A stretch of DNA of 64,000 bases, taken from the NCBI GenBank assembly GCA_963727625.1, contig CAVSHR010000011.1, forward strand, positions 96,001 to 160,000, in the 5' to 3' direction. A program made the position numbers and the translations under genes. Shown here one piece after another: positions 30,374 to 40,866 of this stretch; position 1 is the first letter of the stretch; each line of letters starts with the position of its first letter. The stretch comes from an uncultured delta proteobacterium. Lineage in GTDB: Bacteria; Desulfobacterota; Binatia; UBA9968. Under the pieces are notes generated by a model. It was not told where the DNA came from, did no database searches, and saw only the letters and a program-made list of their open reading frames with translations.

Positions 30374-32152
30374 ATGAAAGTAACCGGGGCTGAAATATTT
30401 TGCGAATCCTTGAGACAGGAGGGGGTCAAGACGGTTTTTGGTTTGCCCGGCGGCGTGGTGCTTAAGATCTTCGATGTGCTGTGCCAGCGGAAAGATATTG
30501 ATTTGGTGCTCACGCGCCACGAGCAGGGCGCCGCGCATATGGCCGAGGGTTATGCCAAAGCCACTGGCAAGGCGGGAGTCGTGTTGGTGACGTCGGGCCC
30601 GGGCATGACCAACATCGTCACAGGATTGGCCGACGCGTATATGGATTCAGTTCCGCTGGTCGCTTTTACCGGTCAAGTGTCCACTGATTTGATCGGCAAT
30701 GACGCATTCCAAGAAGCTGATAATGTCGGTATCAGTCGGCCCTGCACGAAGCACAACGTGCTGGTGAAAGACGTCAACGATCTGGCGCAAACGATCAAGG
30801 AAGCATTTTATATCGCGACCTCGGGCAGACCGGGTCCGGTGTTGGTCGATATTCCTAAAGACGTGAGCACGGCGAAAGCCGAATTCAAATATCCCGAGAA
30901 GGTCAACCTGCGCGGTTACAGTCCGAGCGTGACGGGCAGCAAACAACAAATTAAACAAGCCGCCGATGAAATCATGAAGGCTAAAAAGCCGGTGATCTAC
31001 GTCGGTGGCGGCGCGGTTTTTTCCGATGCCGCCGATGAGATTCGTGAGCTGGCCGAAATTACTCAAATTCCGGTGACGATGACGCTCATGGGCTTGGGGA
31101 GTTTTCCCGGAACCCATCTGCTGTCGCTCGGCATGCTGGGTATGCACGGCGCCTATTGGACGAACATGGCGATGCACTATTCCGATCTGCTGATCGCGGT
31201 GGGTGCTCGCTTCGACGACCGTGTGACTGGCAAACTTTCGGAGTTTTGTCCGGAAGCCCGTGTCGTGCATATCGACATTGATCCGACGTCGATCAAGAAA
31301 ACCTTTCATGCCCATATCCCTATCGTCGGCGACGTGAAAACCGTGTTACGCCAGCTCAACGTCATTCTCAAATCGATGGACGGCAACCCGGCACAGGTCA
31401 AGGCCCTGCGAGCACCTTGGATCGAGCAAATCGACGAATGGAAGAAATCGCACCCGCTAAGCTATAAACAGGATGACAAGATCATCAAGCCGCAATACGT
31501 CATCGAAAAACTTTACGAGTTGACCAAGCATGAGGCGATCGTTGCGACCGACGTTGGACAGCATCAGATGTTCGCGGCGCAGTATTTCAAGGGAAACAAG
31601 CCGCGGACTTGGTTGACTTCGGGCGGCTTGGGGACAATGGGATTCGGCTTCCCGGCAGCCATCGGTGCGCAGGTCGCATATCCCGATCGACAGGTGGTTT
31701 GCATCACCAGCGAAGGCAGCTTCCAGATGAACTTGCAGGAGCTGGTTGTCGCCGCCGAACGTAAACTTGCGGTGAAAATCGTTTTGCTCAACAACGGCGT
31801 GCATGGCATGGTGCGCCAGTGGCAAGATCTTTTTTATGAGGGCCGATATTCCGCGAGCCTTTTGGGAAAAATGCCGGACTTTGTGAAGCTCGCCGGCGCC
31901 TATGGTATCATGGGATTGCGTGCGCTCAAGCCGAGCGAAGTGGAACCGGTGTTGAAAGAAGGCTTAAAGCACAAAGGGCCGGTGCTGATGGACATTCACA
32001 CCGACCCCTATGAAAACTGTTACCCAATGATTCCAGCAGGCGGGGCGCAGCATGAAATGATGCTGGAGGACCCGCCTGAGCTCAAGCTGGCAAAAAAAGG
32101 CGGCGCACACAAAAGAAAGGTGGATGAGGGCGAGGGGGTTCTTCCTGCCTGA
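30374..32152 (+). CDS. ilvB: Acetolactate synthase large subunit
   Basis: RHEQGA, TSGPG, GRPGPVLVDIPKD, DVGQHQM and GMVRQWQ motifs. Confidence 0.96.
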   Translation: MKVTGAEIFCESLRQEGVKTVFGLPGGVVLKIFDVLCQRKDIDLVLTRHEQGAAHMAEGYAKATGKAGVVLVTSGPGMTNIVTGLADAYMDSVPLVAFTGQVSTDLIGNDAFQEADNVGISRPCTKHNVLVKDVNDLAQTIKEAFYIATSGRPGPVLVDIPKDVSTAKAEFKYPEKVNLRGYSPSVTGSKQQIKQAADEIMKAKKPVIYVGGGAVFSDAADEIRELAEITQIPVTMTLMGLGSFPGTHLLSLGMLGMHGAYWTNMAMHYSDLLIAVGARFDDRVTGKLSEFCPEARVVHIDIDPTSIKKTFHAHIPIVGDVKTVLRQLNVILKSMDGNPAQVKALRAPWIEQIDEWKKSHPLSYKQDDKIIKPQYVIEKLYELTKHEAIVATDVGQHQMFAAQYFKGNKPRTWLTSGGLGTMGFGFPAAIGAQVAYPDRQVVCITSEGSFQMNLQELVVAAERKLAVKIVLLNNGVHGMVRQWQDLFYEGRYSASLLGKMPDFVKLAGAYGIMGLRALKPSEVEPVLKEGLKHKGPVLMDIHTDPYENCYPMIPAGGAQHEMMLEDPPELKLAKKGGAHKRKVDEGEGVLPA

Positions 32153-32164
32153 TAACCGTTTCGG

Positions 32165-32686
32165 ATGGAACATATCATATCGGTTCTTGTTGAGAACAAG
32201 TTCGGCGTTCTAGCCAGAGTTGCCGGGCTGTTCAGTGCGCGGGGCTATAACATCGAGAGCCTGTCGGTGGCTCCGACTTTGGACCCGACGGCTTCGATGA
32301 TTACGATCGTCACCGCCGGCGATGATCGGATTATCGAGCAGATCATGAAGCAGCTCAACAAAGTGGTCGAGGTGCTCAAAGTCGTCGATTTAACGGAAAC
32401 CCATTTCCTAGACCGGGAAACCGCACTGATCAAAGTTAACACCAAGCCCGAGCATCGTGACGAGGCGATCCGGTTAGCGGATATTTTCCGTGCCAAGATC
32501 GTCGATTCCTCGCCGCACACCTACACAATTGAAATCACCGGCGACGTTGAAAAGGTCGAAGCGATGATCAACATGCTTCAACCTCTGGGCATCAAAGAGT
32601 TGGTTCGCACCGGTCGGATAGCGATTTCTCGGGAAACAACCCACACGGCATCGCCACGACGGGAACCGGCGCTGCTAAAATCCTAA
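32165..32686 (+). CDS. ilvN: Acetolactate synthase small (regulatory) subunit
   Basis: VENKFGVLARVAGLFSARGYNIESL and ELVRTG motifs. Confidence 0.95.
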   Translation: MEHIISVLVENKFGVLARVAGLFSARGYNIESLSVAPTLDPTASMITIVTAGDDRIIEQIMKQLNKVVEVLKVVDLTETHFLDRETALIKVNTKPEHRDEAIRLADIFRAKIVDSSPHTYTIEITGDVEKVEAMINMLQPLGIKELVRTGRIAISRETTHTASPRREPALLKS

Positions 32687-32805
32687 GTCAGTCAACGATC
32701 GAATTTGCGGCGAGCTGCAAGCGGTGAATTGGCATCGCTATAGCGCGACGCAGGGTTGGGGCAGTTAAGCGAAATCGGCTGCGGCGGAACAGATTATCTG
32801 TCCGG

Positions 32806-32856
32806 CTTCGGCGCCCAGCCGGACGCGAAAACATTTCATCTGGCTGGGCGCCGAAG
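32806..32856. repeat. Long GC-rich inverted repeat between convergent genes
   Basis: CTTCGGCGCCCAGCCGGA ... TCTGGCTGGGCGCCGAAG (17/18 complementary); no U-tract. Confidence 0.8.
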
Positions 32857-32877
32857 AATCACTCCTGTCACCACAAC

Positions 32878-33150
32878 TTATTTTTTGCTCTCCTTCATCG
32901 TGTCGACAGCGTCTTTGCTGCTTTCTTTTATTTTTTCTATCGCTTCGGATGCGCCCTCTTTGGCTTCCTCGCCGGCCTTTTCCATGGCTTCACCCGTCTT
33001 TTCAGTGGCTTGGTCAACGGCTTTGCCCATGGTGGCGCCGGCTTTTTCGGCGGAACCCTCCGATTTGTTTTCCGACTTGCCGCACGCTCCTGCCGCGAGC
33101 AGAAATCCTGTGACGACCGCGGCCCAGAACAGTTTTGTACTGTGTTTCAT
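32878..33150 (-). CDS. Small Lys/Glu/Ala-rich lipoprotein of unknown function
   Basis: Signal peptide with AGAC lipobox, LEA/YtxH-like low-complexity repeats and AAGGAG RBS. Confidence 0.75.
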   Translation of the reverse strand: MKHSTKLFWAAVVTGFLLAAGACGKSENKSEGSAEKAGATMGKAVDQATEKTGEAMEKAGEEAKEGASEAIEKIKESSKDAVDTMKESKK

Positions 33151-33241
33151 AATAATATGATAATCTCCTTACAGGGTGCTCAATTCTTCTCAAGCCTAGC
33201 AAATTTCGTTAATCACTTGAATTCGATGAATGCTTTAATCA

Positions 33242-33481
33242 GCCCGGATTTCCGCAGTTGAACTTGAGCGAGGGATGAACCTAGAGTAGCGAAGACACTC
33301 AGGTGTGCCGTTTCAAAGGCCTTTCTGCCACTTGGCTCAACGGCCCCATAATTCTGACAAAATAAAGACAGCAGCGAGACCTGTCCTGGGCTCAGAGGTA
33401 TAAAAGCATTGTCTTCGCCGCGGACGGTTTGCCCCTCGCCCCACGCTCATCGCGGAACATTCCTAACTGCGGAATCCGGGT
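33242..33481. mobile_element. MITE-like element or structured ncRNA with nested inverted repeats
   Basis: Terminal IR CCCGGATTTCCGCAGTT / AACTGCGGAATCCGGG, TCA on both flanks, and several internal helices. Confidence 0.55.
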
Positions 33482-33555
33482 TCAGCTGACGGCACTGAGG
33501 CAGCCATATTCACCGAGTTGAATGGTATAAGTCTTTGTCTTACGGCTACTTGTCG

Positions 33556-33584
33556 TTGACTTACCGTCGGTCAACCGGCATATT
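33556..33584 (+). promoter_or_regulatory. Putative sigma70 promoter of ilvC with an overlapping palindrome
   Basis: TTGACT-17 bp-CATATT; GTTGAC-N9-GTCAAC overlaps the -35 box. Confidence 0.5.
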
Positions 33585-33589
33585 AGTAG

Positions 33590-34630
<1,041 letters not shown>

Positions 34631-34679
34631 GACGAAAGTCGTTGCGCTCGATAAGATCGATCAACTTGGGCGTCATGGG

Positions 34680-35306
34680 ATGAGAATCGCAAGGGAGGGT
34701 TATCCGCTCATTCTTGCCGCCGTGGCGTTGACTGTGATTTCGTTTGCGCTGGGTTGGAAGTTTGCCGCGGCCATTTTAGGATTGTTGGCGCTTGGGATCG
34801 CGGGTTTCTTTCGCGATCCGGATCGCCAAATTCCGTGCGGTGAAGATCTGGTTGTGTCACCGGCTGATGGGCGAGTCGTGAGCATAGCGGAAATCAAAGA
34901 TGCTGCATTCGCGGGTGCGGCTACTCGATTGAGTATTTTTCTCTCGCCTCTCGACGTGCACATAAACCGGGCGCCGGTGGGGGGCAAGATCGGCGACGTT
35001 AGGTATCAGCCGGGAAAGTTTCTCGCGGCGTACAAAGAAGAGGCATCGCAGCGCAACGAGCAAAACATGCTTAAAATCATCGATCAGCGCGGGCGGCTTT
35101 TCGGCGTAGTGCAGATTGCCGGTTTCTTGGCGCGGCGCATTGTCTGTCGGGCGAAGCGCGGCGATACGCTGGCGCGCGGCGACCGCTTCGGTCTGATCAT
35201 GTTTGGCTCCCGGACGGATCTCTATCTGCCGAGCGGCTGCCGGCTCGAAGTCGCCGAGGGGCAGAGGGTCAAGGGCGGCGCGACGATCCTTGGGAGGTTT
35301 GTATGA
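34680..35306 (+). CDS. psd: Phosphatidylserine decarboxylase proenzyme
   Basis: FFRDP, SPADG, VHINRAP and the FGSR cleavage motif. Confidence 0.94.
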   Translation: MRIAREGYPLILAAVALTVISFALGWKFAAAILGLLALGIAGFFRDPDRQIPCGEDLVVSPADGRVVSIAEIKDAAFAGAATRLSIFLSPLDVHINRAPVGGKIGDVRYQPGKFLAAYKEEASQRNEQNMLKIIDQRGRLFGVVQIAGFLARRIVCRAKRGDTLARGDRFGLIMFGSRTDLYLPSGCRLEVAEGQRVKGGATILGRFV

Positions 35307-36160
35307 GCGCTATGAATTCTCAAGAACCCAACCAGTTTGGGGAAAATGGCAAAGTACGGCTGCTGCGCCGGCGCTCCCGGCAACGCGTGTCGCTGCGCCA
35401 TCCCATGCCCGCGGATAAGCTCAGGCGCGGGGTTTATCTTATTCCCAGCTTGTTTACCGCCGGCAACCTCATGTGCGGCTTTTTCTCCATCATCGCCACC
35501 TTTCGCGGCGATTATGTCAATGCAGCGTTGCTTATTCTCCTGGCGAATGTCTTTGACGGGGTCGACGGTTATGCGGCACGTCTGACACGGACCACAAGCC
35601 AGTTTGGCGTTGAGTTCGATTCCTTGGCGGATGTGGTTTCCTTCGGCGTCGCGCCCGCCGTGCTGGTTTATCTCTGGGCGCTTGTGCCATGGGAGACCTG
35701 GGGCTGGTTGGCGGCATGCACTTACGTCGTCTGCGGTGCGCTGCGCTTGTCCCGATTCAACGTTCAGGCGTTAGCGGGCTCCAAGGGCCATTTTGTCGGT
35801 TTGCCGATCCCGGCGGCAGCGCAAATGATTACCTCGACCGTGATTCTATATTATTATTTGGGTGGCGCCGGGTCGCCGAATCGACATGTGACGCTGCTGC
35901 TGGTGATCTACGGCTTGGCGACTCTGATGGTGAGCAATATCCCTTACTTCAGCCTCAAAAATACCGACGTTAAGAGGCGCCACCCAATCTGGATGTTGGT
36001 TTCTGGCTTTATTTTGATTACACTGATCGTTGCCGAACGGCAGATAATGTTTTTTATGTTGGTCTTACTCTACACGTTATCCGGGCCTTGGTTATGGTGC
36101 TTGGCGTCCTACAAACACCGGCGGGAGAAGCAAAGGAGCGCGGCCAAAACAATGCCGTGA
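35303..36160 (+). CDS. pssA: CDP-diacylglycerol-serine O-phosphatidyltransferase
   Basis: DGVDGYAAR...FGVEFDSLADVVSFGVAP, RLSRFN and GLPIP motifs. Confidence 0.93.
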   Translation: MSAMNSQEPNQFGENGKVRLLRRRSRQRVSLRHPMPADKLRRGVYLIPSLFTAGNLMCGFFSIIATFRGDYVNAALLILLANVFDGVDGYAARLTRTTSQFGVEFDSLADVVSFGVAPAVLVYLWALVPWETWGWLAACTYVVCGALRLSRFNVQALAGSKGHFVGLPIPAAAQMITSTVILYYYLGGAGSPNRHVTLLLVIYGLATLMVSNIPYFSLKNTDVKRRHPIWMLVSGFILITLIVAERQIMFFMLVLLYTLSGPWLWCLASYKHRREKQRSAAKTMP

Positions 36161-36190
36161 GCTTCTGGCTCAACTAGCGAATAGGTAGAT

Positions 36191-36224
36191 ACTCCCGTTG
36201 GCTTCGCCGCGGGAGTTTTTATTT
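36191..36224 (+). terminator. Intrinsic terminator between pssA and leuA
   Basis: ACTCCCG...CGGGAGT hairpin followed by TTTTATTT. Confidence 0.7.
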
Positions 36225-36259
36225 CTGGGGCAGGCCGACGGCTCAACGATGAAGGAGAA

Positions 36260-37831
36260 TTGACAATGGACAAGGTGGCCGAAAATAACGTAGTACAAAT
36301 ATTCGATACCACACTGCGCGACGGCGAGCAGTCGCCCGGTGCCAGCATGACCGCCGAGCAAAAAGTCGTCATTGCCCGGCAATTGGAAAAACTCGGCGTT
36401 GACGTCATCGAAGCCGGCTTTGCGGCGTCGTCGGAAGGCGATTTCGATTCGGTGCGGCGGGTTTGCAGGGAAGTTGTCCGGCCGCGGGTGGTGAGCCTGG
36501 CGCGCGCTCAGGAGAGCGATATCGAGCGGGCCTTGAAAGCGGTCGACGGAGCAAAAAATCCGGGTATTCATACCTTTATCGCGACTTCGGATATTCACTT
36601 GCAGCATAAGCTGCGCATGACCCGCGAGCAGGTCGTCGAAGCTGCGGTCAAGGCGGTCCATCACGCTAAAAAATTCATCGATTATATCGAATTTTCCGCC
36701 GAAGATGCCTCGCGCAGCGATCCGGAATTTTTGATTCGGCTGTTCCGCGAGGTGATTCGCGCCGGCGCCAAGGTGATCAATGTTCCGGATACGACCGGCT
36801 ACGCGATTCCGTCGGAATTCGGCGCGTTGATCGCCAACTTGATCGAGCGTACCGCGGGCGGTGACCGGGTGATCTGGAGCGCCCATTGCCATAACGACTT
36901 GGGACTGGCGGTCGCAAATTCTCTCACCGCAGTACATAACGGCGCGCGTCAGATCGAGTGCACGATCAACGGTATCGGCGAGCGCGCCGGCAACACTTCC
37001 CTCGAAGAGGTGGTCATGGCGCTGCGCACGCGCAAAAACTATCTCGATCTCGACACCAATATCACAAGCGAGCAGCTCTATCCGACGTCCCGTCTGGTTT
37101 CGCAGGTGACCGGCATTCCGATTCCGATCAACAAACCGATCGTTGGCGACAACGCGTTCGCTCATGAGGCCGGTATCCATCAGGACGGCGTGCTCAAGCA
37201 CAAGCAGACCTACGAGATCATGACGCCGGAGTCGATCGGCATTCCGGGAAACCGGCTGGTCATGGGCAAGCACTCCGGGCGCCACGCCTTCGACGAGCGG
37301 CTTAAACACCTGGGGTTCAACTTAAGCAAAGAAGACATGAACCGCGCGTTTTTGCGCTTCAAAGAACTCGCGGACAAGAAAAAGAATGTGTACGACGAAG
37401 ACATTGAAGCGATCGTCGCCGAAGAAATACTGCGCGTGCCCGGCCGGCCGGATAAGTTCGAGCTGCTTTATATGAACGTGAATTCAAGCTCCGACGGCAT
37501 TCCGGCGGCAACGGTCAAAATGCGCGTGGATGGTGAGGAGATTACGGACCACGCTTCCGGCGACGGCGCGGTGGATGCCTGCTACCAGGTGATCACGAAG
37601 ATTACCCGCTCGCAGTCGCAGCTGGTGCGCTATTCGGTCAACGCCATCACCGGCGGCACGGACGCCCAGGGCGAAGTTTCGTGCATAATCGAAGACGACG
37701 GCATTCGCGTTTCGGGACAGGGGGCACACACCGATGTGATCATGGCGAGCGCCTTGGCGTATATTAACGCTCTCAACAAACTGGAAGGAAGAAAACACTA
37801 TCGGCAGGTGGTGGAAAAAGAGGGACCATGA
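36260..37831 (+). CDS. leuA: 2-isopropylmalate synthase
   Basis: [24 protein letters not shown] and GIHQDG. Start is TTG 36260 or ATG 36266. Confidence 0.97.
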   Translation: MTMDKVAENNVVQIFDTTLRDGEQSPGASMTAEQKVVIARQLEKLGVDVIEAGFAASSEGDFDSVRRVCREVVRPRVVSLARAQESDIERALKAVDGAKNPGIHTFIATSDIHLQHKLRMTREQVVEAAVKAVHHAKKFIDYIEFSAEDASRSDPEFLIRLFREVIRAGAKVINVPDTTGYAIPSEFGALIANLIERTAGGDRVIWSAHCHNDLGLAVANSLTAVHNGARQIECTINGIGERAGNTSLEEVVMALRTRKNYLDLDTNITSEQLYPTSRLVSQVTGIPIPINKPIVGDNAFAHEAGIHQDGVLKHKQTYEIMTPESIGIPGNRLVMGKHSGRHAFDERLKHLGFNLSKEDMNRAFLRFKELADKKKNVYDEDIEAIVAEEILRVPGRPDKFELLYMNVNSSSDGIPAATVKMRVDGEEITDHASGDGAVDACYQVITKITRSQSQLVRYSVNAITGGTDAQGEVSCIIEDDGIRVSGQGAHTDVIMASALAYINALNKLEGRKHYRQVVEKEGP

Positions 37832-38919
37832 ACTACAAAATCGCAGTGTTGCCAGGAGACGGCATCGGCCCTGAAGTCATGCACGAGGGTCTCGAAGTTC
37901 TCGGACAGGTCGCCAAGCTTTACGGCTTCGGCGTCGAGACCGAGCAGGGCATTGTCGGCGGCGCGTCCATCGACGCGCACGGCAAGCCGTTGACGGATGC
38001 GGTGCTGAAGCTCGCCAAGGAAAGCGACGCGGTGTTGCTCGGAGCCATGGGCGGACCCAAATGGGACGGTCTCGATTATTCGGTCCGACCGGAGCGCGCG
38101 CTTTTGGCGCTGCGCCAAGAGCTTGGCTTGTTCGCCAATCTTCGTCCGGTGAAATTATTCTCCGCCTTGGCTTCGGCATCGACGCTTAAGCGCGAAGTGG
38201 TCGAGGGAACCGATCTTCTGGTCGTGCGCGAGCTCACCGGTGGGATCTATTTCGGCCAACCCAAAGGCGTAACCGAGCTGCCCGACGGAACCGAGCGCGG
38301 CGTAAACACCGAGGTTTACACAACGCCGGAAATCGAGCGCATCGCCCACGTGGCGTTCCAGGCGGCGCTCAAGCGGCGCAAAAAGGTCACATCGGTGGAT
38401 AAGGCCAACGTGCTCGAAGTCACCGAGCTGTGGCGCAAGGTTGTCACCAAGATTCACAAAGACGAAGGCTACGCCGGAATTCAACTGGACCATATGCTGG
38501 TCGATAACTGCGCCATGCAGCTGATTCGCAACCCGAAGCAATTTGACGTGGTCGTAACGACGAATATGTTCGGCGATATCTTAAGCGACGAAGCGGCGAT
38601 GCTGACCGGATCCATCGGCATGCTGCCGTCGGCTAGTCTGGGCGGCAAGGTCGGCATGTACGAGCCGGTGCACGGCAGCGCGCCGGATATTGCGGGTCAG
38701 GACAAGGCAAATCCACTGGCGACTATTCTAAGCGTTGCCATGATGCTGCGCCACTCCTTTAACCAGGGAGCCGCCGCGGATCGCATCGAAAAAGCGGTCG
38801 AAGCCGTGTTGGACCAAGGTTACCGCACCGCGGATGTTCAAGAAGCAGGTTGCAAGCTCGTTGGTTGCAAGCAAATGGGCCGGTCGGTCCGCGATCAGAT
38901 CGAAAAGGCGAAGGGATAA
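37828..38919 (+). CDS. leuB: 3-isopropylmalate dehydrogenase
   Basis: [26 protein letters not shown] and [12 protein letters not shown] motifs. Confidence 0.97.
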   Translation: MNYKIAVLPGDGIGPEVMHEGLEVLGQVAKLYGFGVETEQGIVGGASIDAHGKPLTDAVLKLAKESDAVLLGAMGGPKWDGLDYSVRPERALLALRQELGLFANLRPVKLFSALASASTLKREVVEGTDLLVVRELTGGIYFGQPKGVTELPDGTERGVNTEVYTTPEIERIAHVAFQAALKRRKKVTSVDKANVLEVTELWRKVVTKIHKDEGYAGIQLDHMLVDNCAMQLIRNPKQFDVVVTTNMFGDILSDEAAMLTGSIGMLPSASLGGKVGMYEPVHGSAPDIAGQDKANPLATILSVAMMLRHSFNQGAAADRIEKAVEAVLDQGYRTADVQEAGCKLVGCKQMGRSVRDQIEKAKG

Positions 38920-38925
38920 CTCGTC

Positions 38926-39948
38926 GTGAAAAGAGAAAAGTACAACGTCGCCATAGTCGGCGCCACCGGCGCCGTGGGGGAGCAGATGCGCGAGGTGTTG
39001 GAGGAGCGCCAGTTCCCGGTAGGCGAGCTGCGGCTCTTGGCCTCAGAACGGTCGGCGGGGCAATTTCTGCCTTTTCAAAGCAAGCAGATCCGTGTTGGAA
39101 TTCTAAATGAAAATTCCTTCAAAGATATCGACATCGGTCTATTCTCGGCGGGCGGCAGCGTGAGCGAAAAATTCGCTCCCGCCGCCGTTGCCGCCGGCGC
39201 GGTGGTCGTGGATAACACGTCGCAGTTCCGCATGGAGCCGGATGTCCCGCTGGTCGTTCCCGAGGTGAATGCCCACGAGATCGCACGCTACAAGACGCGC
39301 GGCATCATCGCCAACCCGAACTGTTCGACGATTCAAATGGTCGTCGCGCTCAAGCCGATCCATGATGCGGCGCGCATCAAGCGTATCGTGGTATCGACCT
39401 ACCAGTCAGTCTCAGGCGCCGGGCGCATGGCCATGGAGGAGCTGAGCCAGCAGGTCGGCGCGCTGTTCAACGGCCGCGAGCTCAAGCGGGAAAAATTTCC
39501 ACACCAGATAGCGTTCAACTGTATTCCGCATATCGATGCGTTCATGGAAGGCGGTTACACCAAAGAAGAGCTAAAAATGATCGACGAGACGCGCAAAATT
39601 TTTGATGAGCCGGGGTTGCCCGTCACTGCGACCACGGTGCGCGTCCCAGTGTTCTGCAGCCATTCGGAATCGGTCAACGTCGAGACCGAGAAAAAACTGA
39701 CCGCGGCGCAAGCCAAAGCGCTCTTGCGCGACGCGCCCGGAGTGATGCTCGCCGACATTCCAGAAGAAAATATTTATCCCATGGCGATCGATGCGGTCGG
39801 CAAGGATGCAACCTACGTCGGGCGGGTGCGCGAGGACAATTCGGTCGCCAAGGGTCTCAATCTCTGGGTGGTGGCCGATAACCTGCGCAAGGGCGCCGCG
39901 CTCAACGCGGTTCAAATCGCGGAAATTTTGGTCCGTGATTATATTTAA
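38926..39948 (+). CDS. asd: Aspartate-semialdehyde dehydrogenase
   Basis: GATGAVG, NPNCST and DNLRKGAALNA motifs. Confidence 0.97.
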   Translation: MKREKYNVAIVGATGAVGEQMREVLEERQFPVGELRLLASERSAGQFLPFQSKQIRVGILNENSFKDIDIGLFSAGGSVSEKFAPAAVAAGAVVVDNTSQFRMEPDVPLVVPEVNAHEIARYKTRGIIANPNCSTIQMVVALKPIHDAARIKRIVVSTYQSVSGAGRMAMEELSQQVGALFNGRELKREKFPHQIAFNCIPHIDAFMEGGYTKEELKMIDETRKIFDEPGLPVTATTVRVPVFCSHSESVNVETEKKLTAAQAKALLRDAPGVMLADIPEENIYPMAIDAVGKDATYVGRVREDNSVAKGLNLWVVADNLRKGAALNAVQIAEILVRDYI

Positions 39949-40020
39949 GCGAGATGGTTACTGTGGCGCGCGGGAATCCCCGAATTAAGCCCAAACAAGC
40001 AGGGAGTCGAAACTTTTCGT

Positions 40021-40758
40021 GTGAACGTTAAGATTATCGTTGAATACGACGGCACGAACTACTGCGGTTGGCAGATTCAGCACAATGGTGAATCGGTCCA
40101 AGCAGTTTTAGAGCGGGCGGTATCAACCTTCCTTGGTAAACCCACAAGGATTACCGGCTCAGGTCGTACCGATGCCGGCGTGCACGCGCTTGGCCAGGTG
40201 GCCAATTTCTTCGCGGACAAAGAATTCGACCGGCACCGGTTTCTGCGAGCCCTCAACGCCCTGACGCCCGCCGACATCACGATCAAAGAAATCGAGGTTG
40301 TCCCGGACTCTTTCGACGCGCGGCGCGGCGGGCGGAGCCGGATATACGAATATCGTATTCTCAATCGTTCAATGCGCTCGCCGTTCCAGACCAACCGCGC
40401 CTGGCATGTGCACGACGTGTTGGACCTTTGCGCGATGCGCGCGACGCTGCCGTGTTTGCTTGGCGAGCATGATTTCTCGTCGTTTCGTGCGGTCGGTTGC
40501 GACGCTGCGCATCCGGTTCGAAGGATTTATCGAACAACGTTGGAACCGCGCGGCGAACTGCTCATCTATACCATCGAAGCCACGGCGTTTTTGCGCCACA
40601 TGGTGCGCAACATCGTCGGTACCCTCGTCGAGGTCGGTCGCGGCTTGCGCACGATATCCTCGTTCGGCGAATTGCTCGAAGCGCGCGATCGCACCAAAGC
40701 CGGGCCGACGGCGCCACCGCATGGCTTGTATTTGCTTGAAGTAAAGTACGATTTTTAA
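40021..40758 (+). CDS. truA: tRNA pseudouridine(38-40) synthase
   Basis: YDGTNYCGWQ, GRTDAGVHA and FLRHMVR motifs. Confidence 0.96.
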   Translation: MNVKIIVEYDGTNYCGWQIQHNGESVQAVLERAVSTFLGKPTRITGSGRTDAGVHALGQVANFFADKEFDRHRFLRALNALTPADITIKEIEVVPDSFDARRGGRSRIYEYRILNRSMRSPFQTNRAWHVHDVLDLCAMRATLPCLLGEHDFSSFRAVGCDAAHPVRRIYRTTLEPRGELLIYTIEATAFLRHMVRNIVGTLVEVGRGLRTISSFGELLEARDRTKAGPTAPPHGLYLLEVKYDF

Positions 40759-40791
40759 GCCTTCTGTGAACGTTGCGCGACACAAGTTGGT

Positions 40792-40820
40792 TTGACACAG
40801 TTCGGCGATTTCCATATACC
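40792..40820 (+). promoter_or_regulatory. sigma70 promoter of the deacetylase-like gene
   Basis: TTGACA-17 bp-TATACC. Confidence 0.6.
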
Positions 40821-40866
40821 CAAACGGTAAGAATTTTGCGCCAGTCTGCGGGGAGGGTGGCCCGTT

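Noticed and set aside
32756-33160. 134-aa plus-strand ORF
   Set aside because: Antisense shadow of the lipoprotein gene, which has the RBS and lipobox.
33241-33482. Assignment as 6S, SRP, RNase P RNA, tmRNA or IS110 bridge RNA
   Set aside because: I recognised no signature motifs and there is no recombinase nearby; left unassigned pending an Rfam search.
36094-36190. Leucine leader peptide for leuA
   Set aside because: The only Leu-containing stretch (ELLAQLANR) has no start codon, and the other frames are not Leu-rich.
36170-37309. 379-aa minus-strand ORF (similar cases at 23948-24688, 40972-41766, 41832-42803 and 43675-44436)
   Set aside because: Antisense shadows of clear genes, as expected from GC-rich codon bias.
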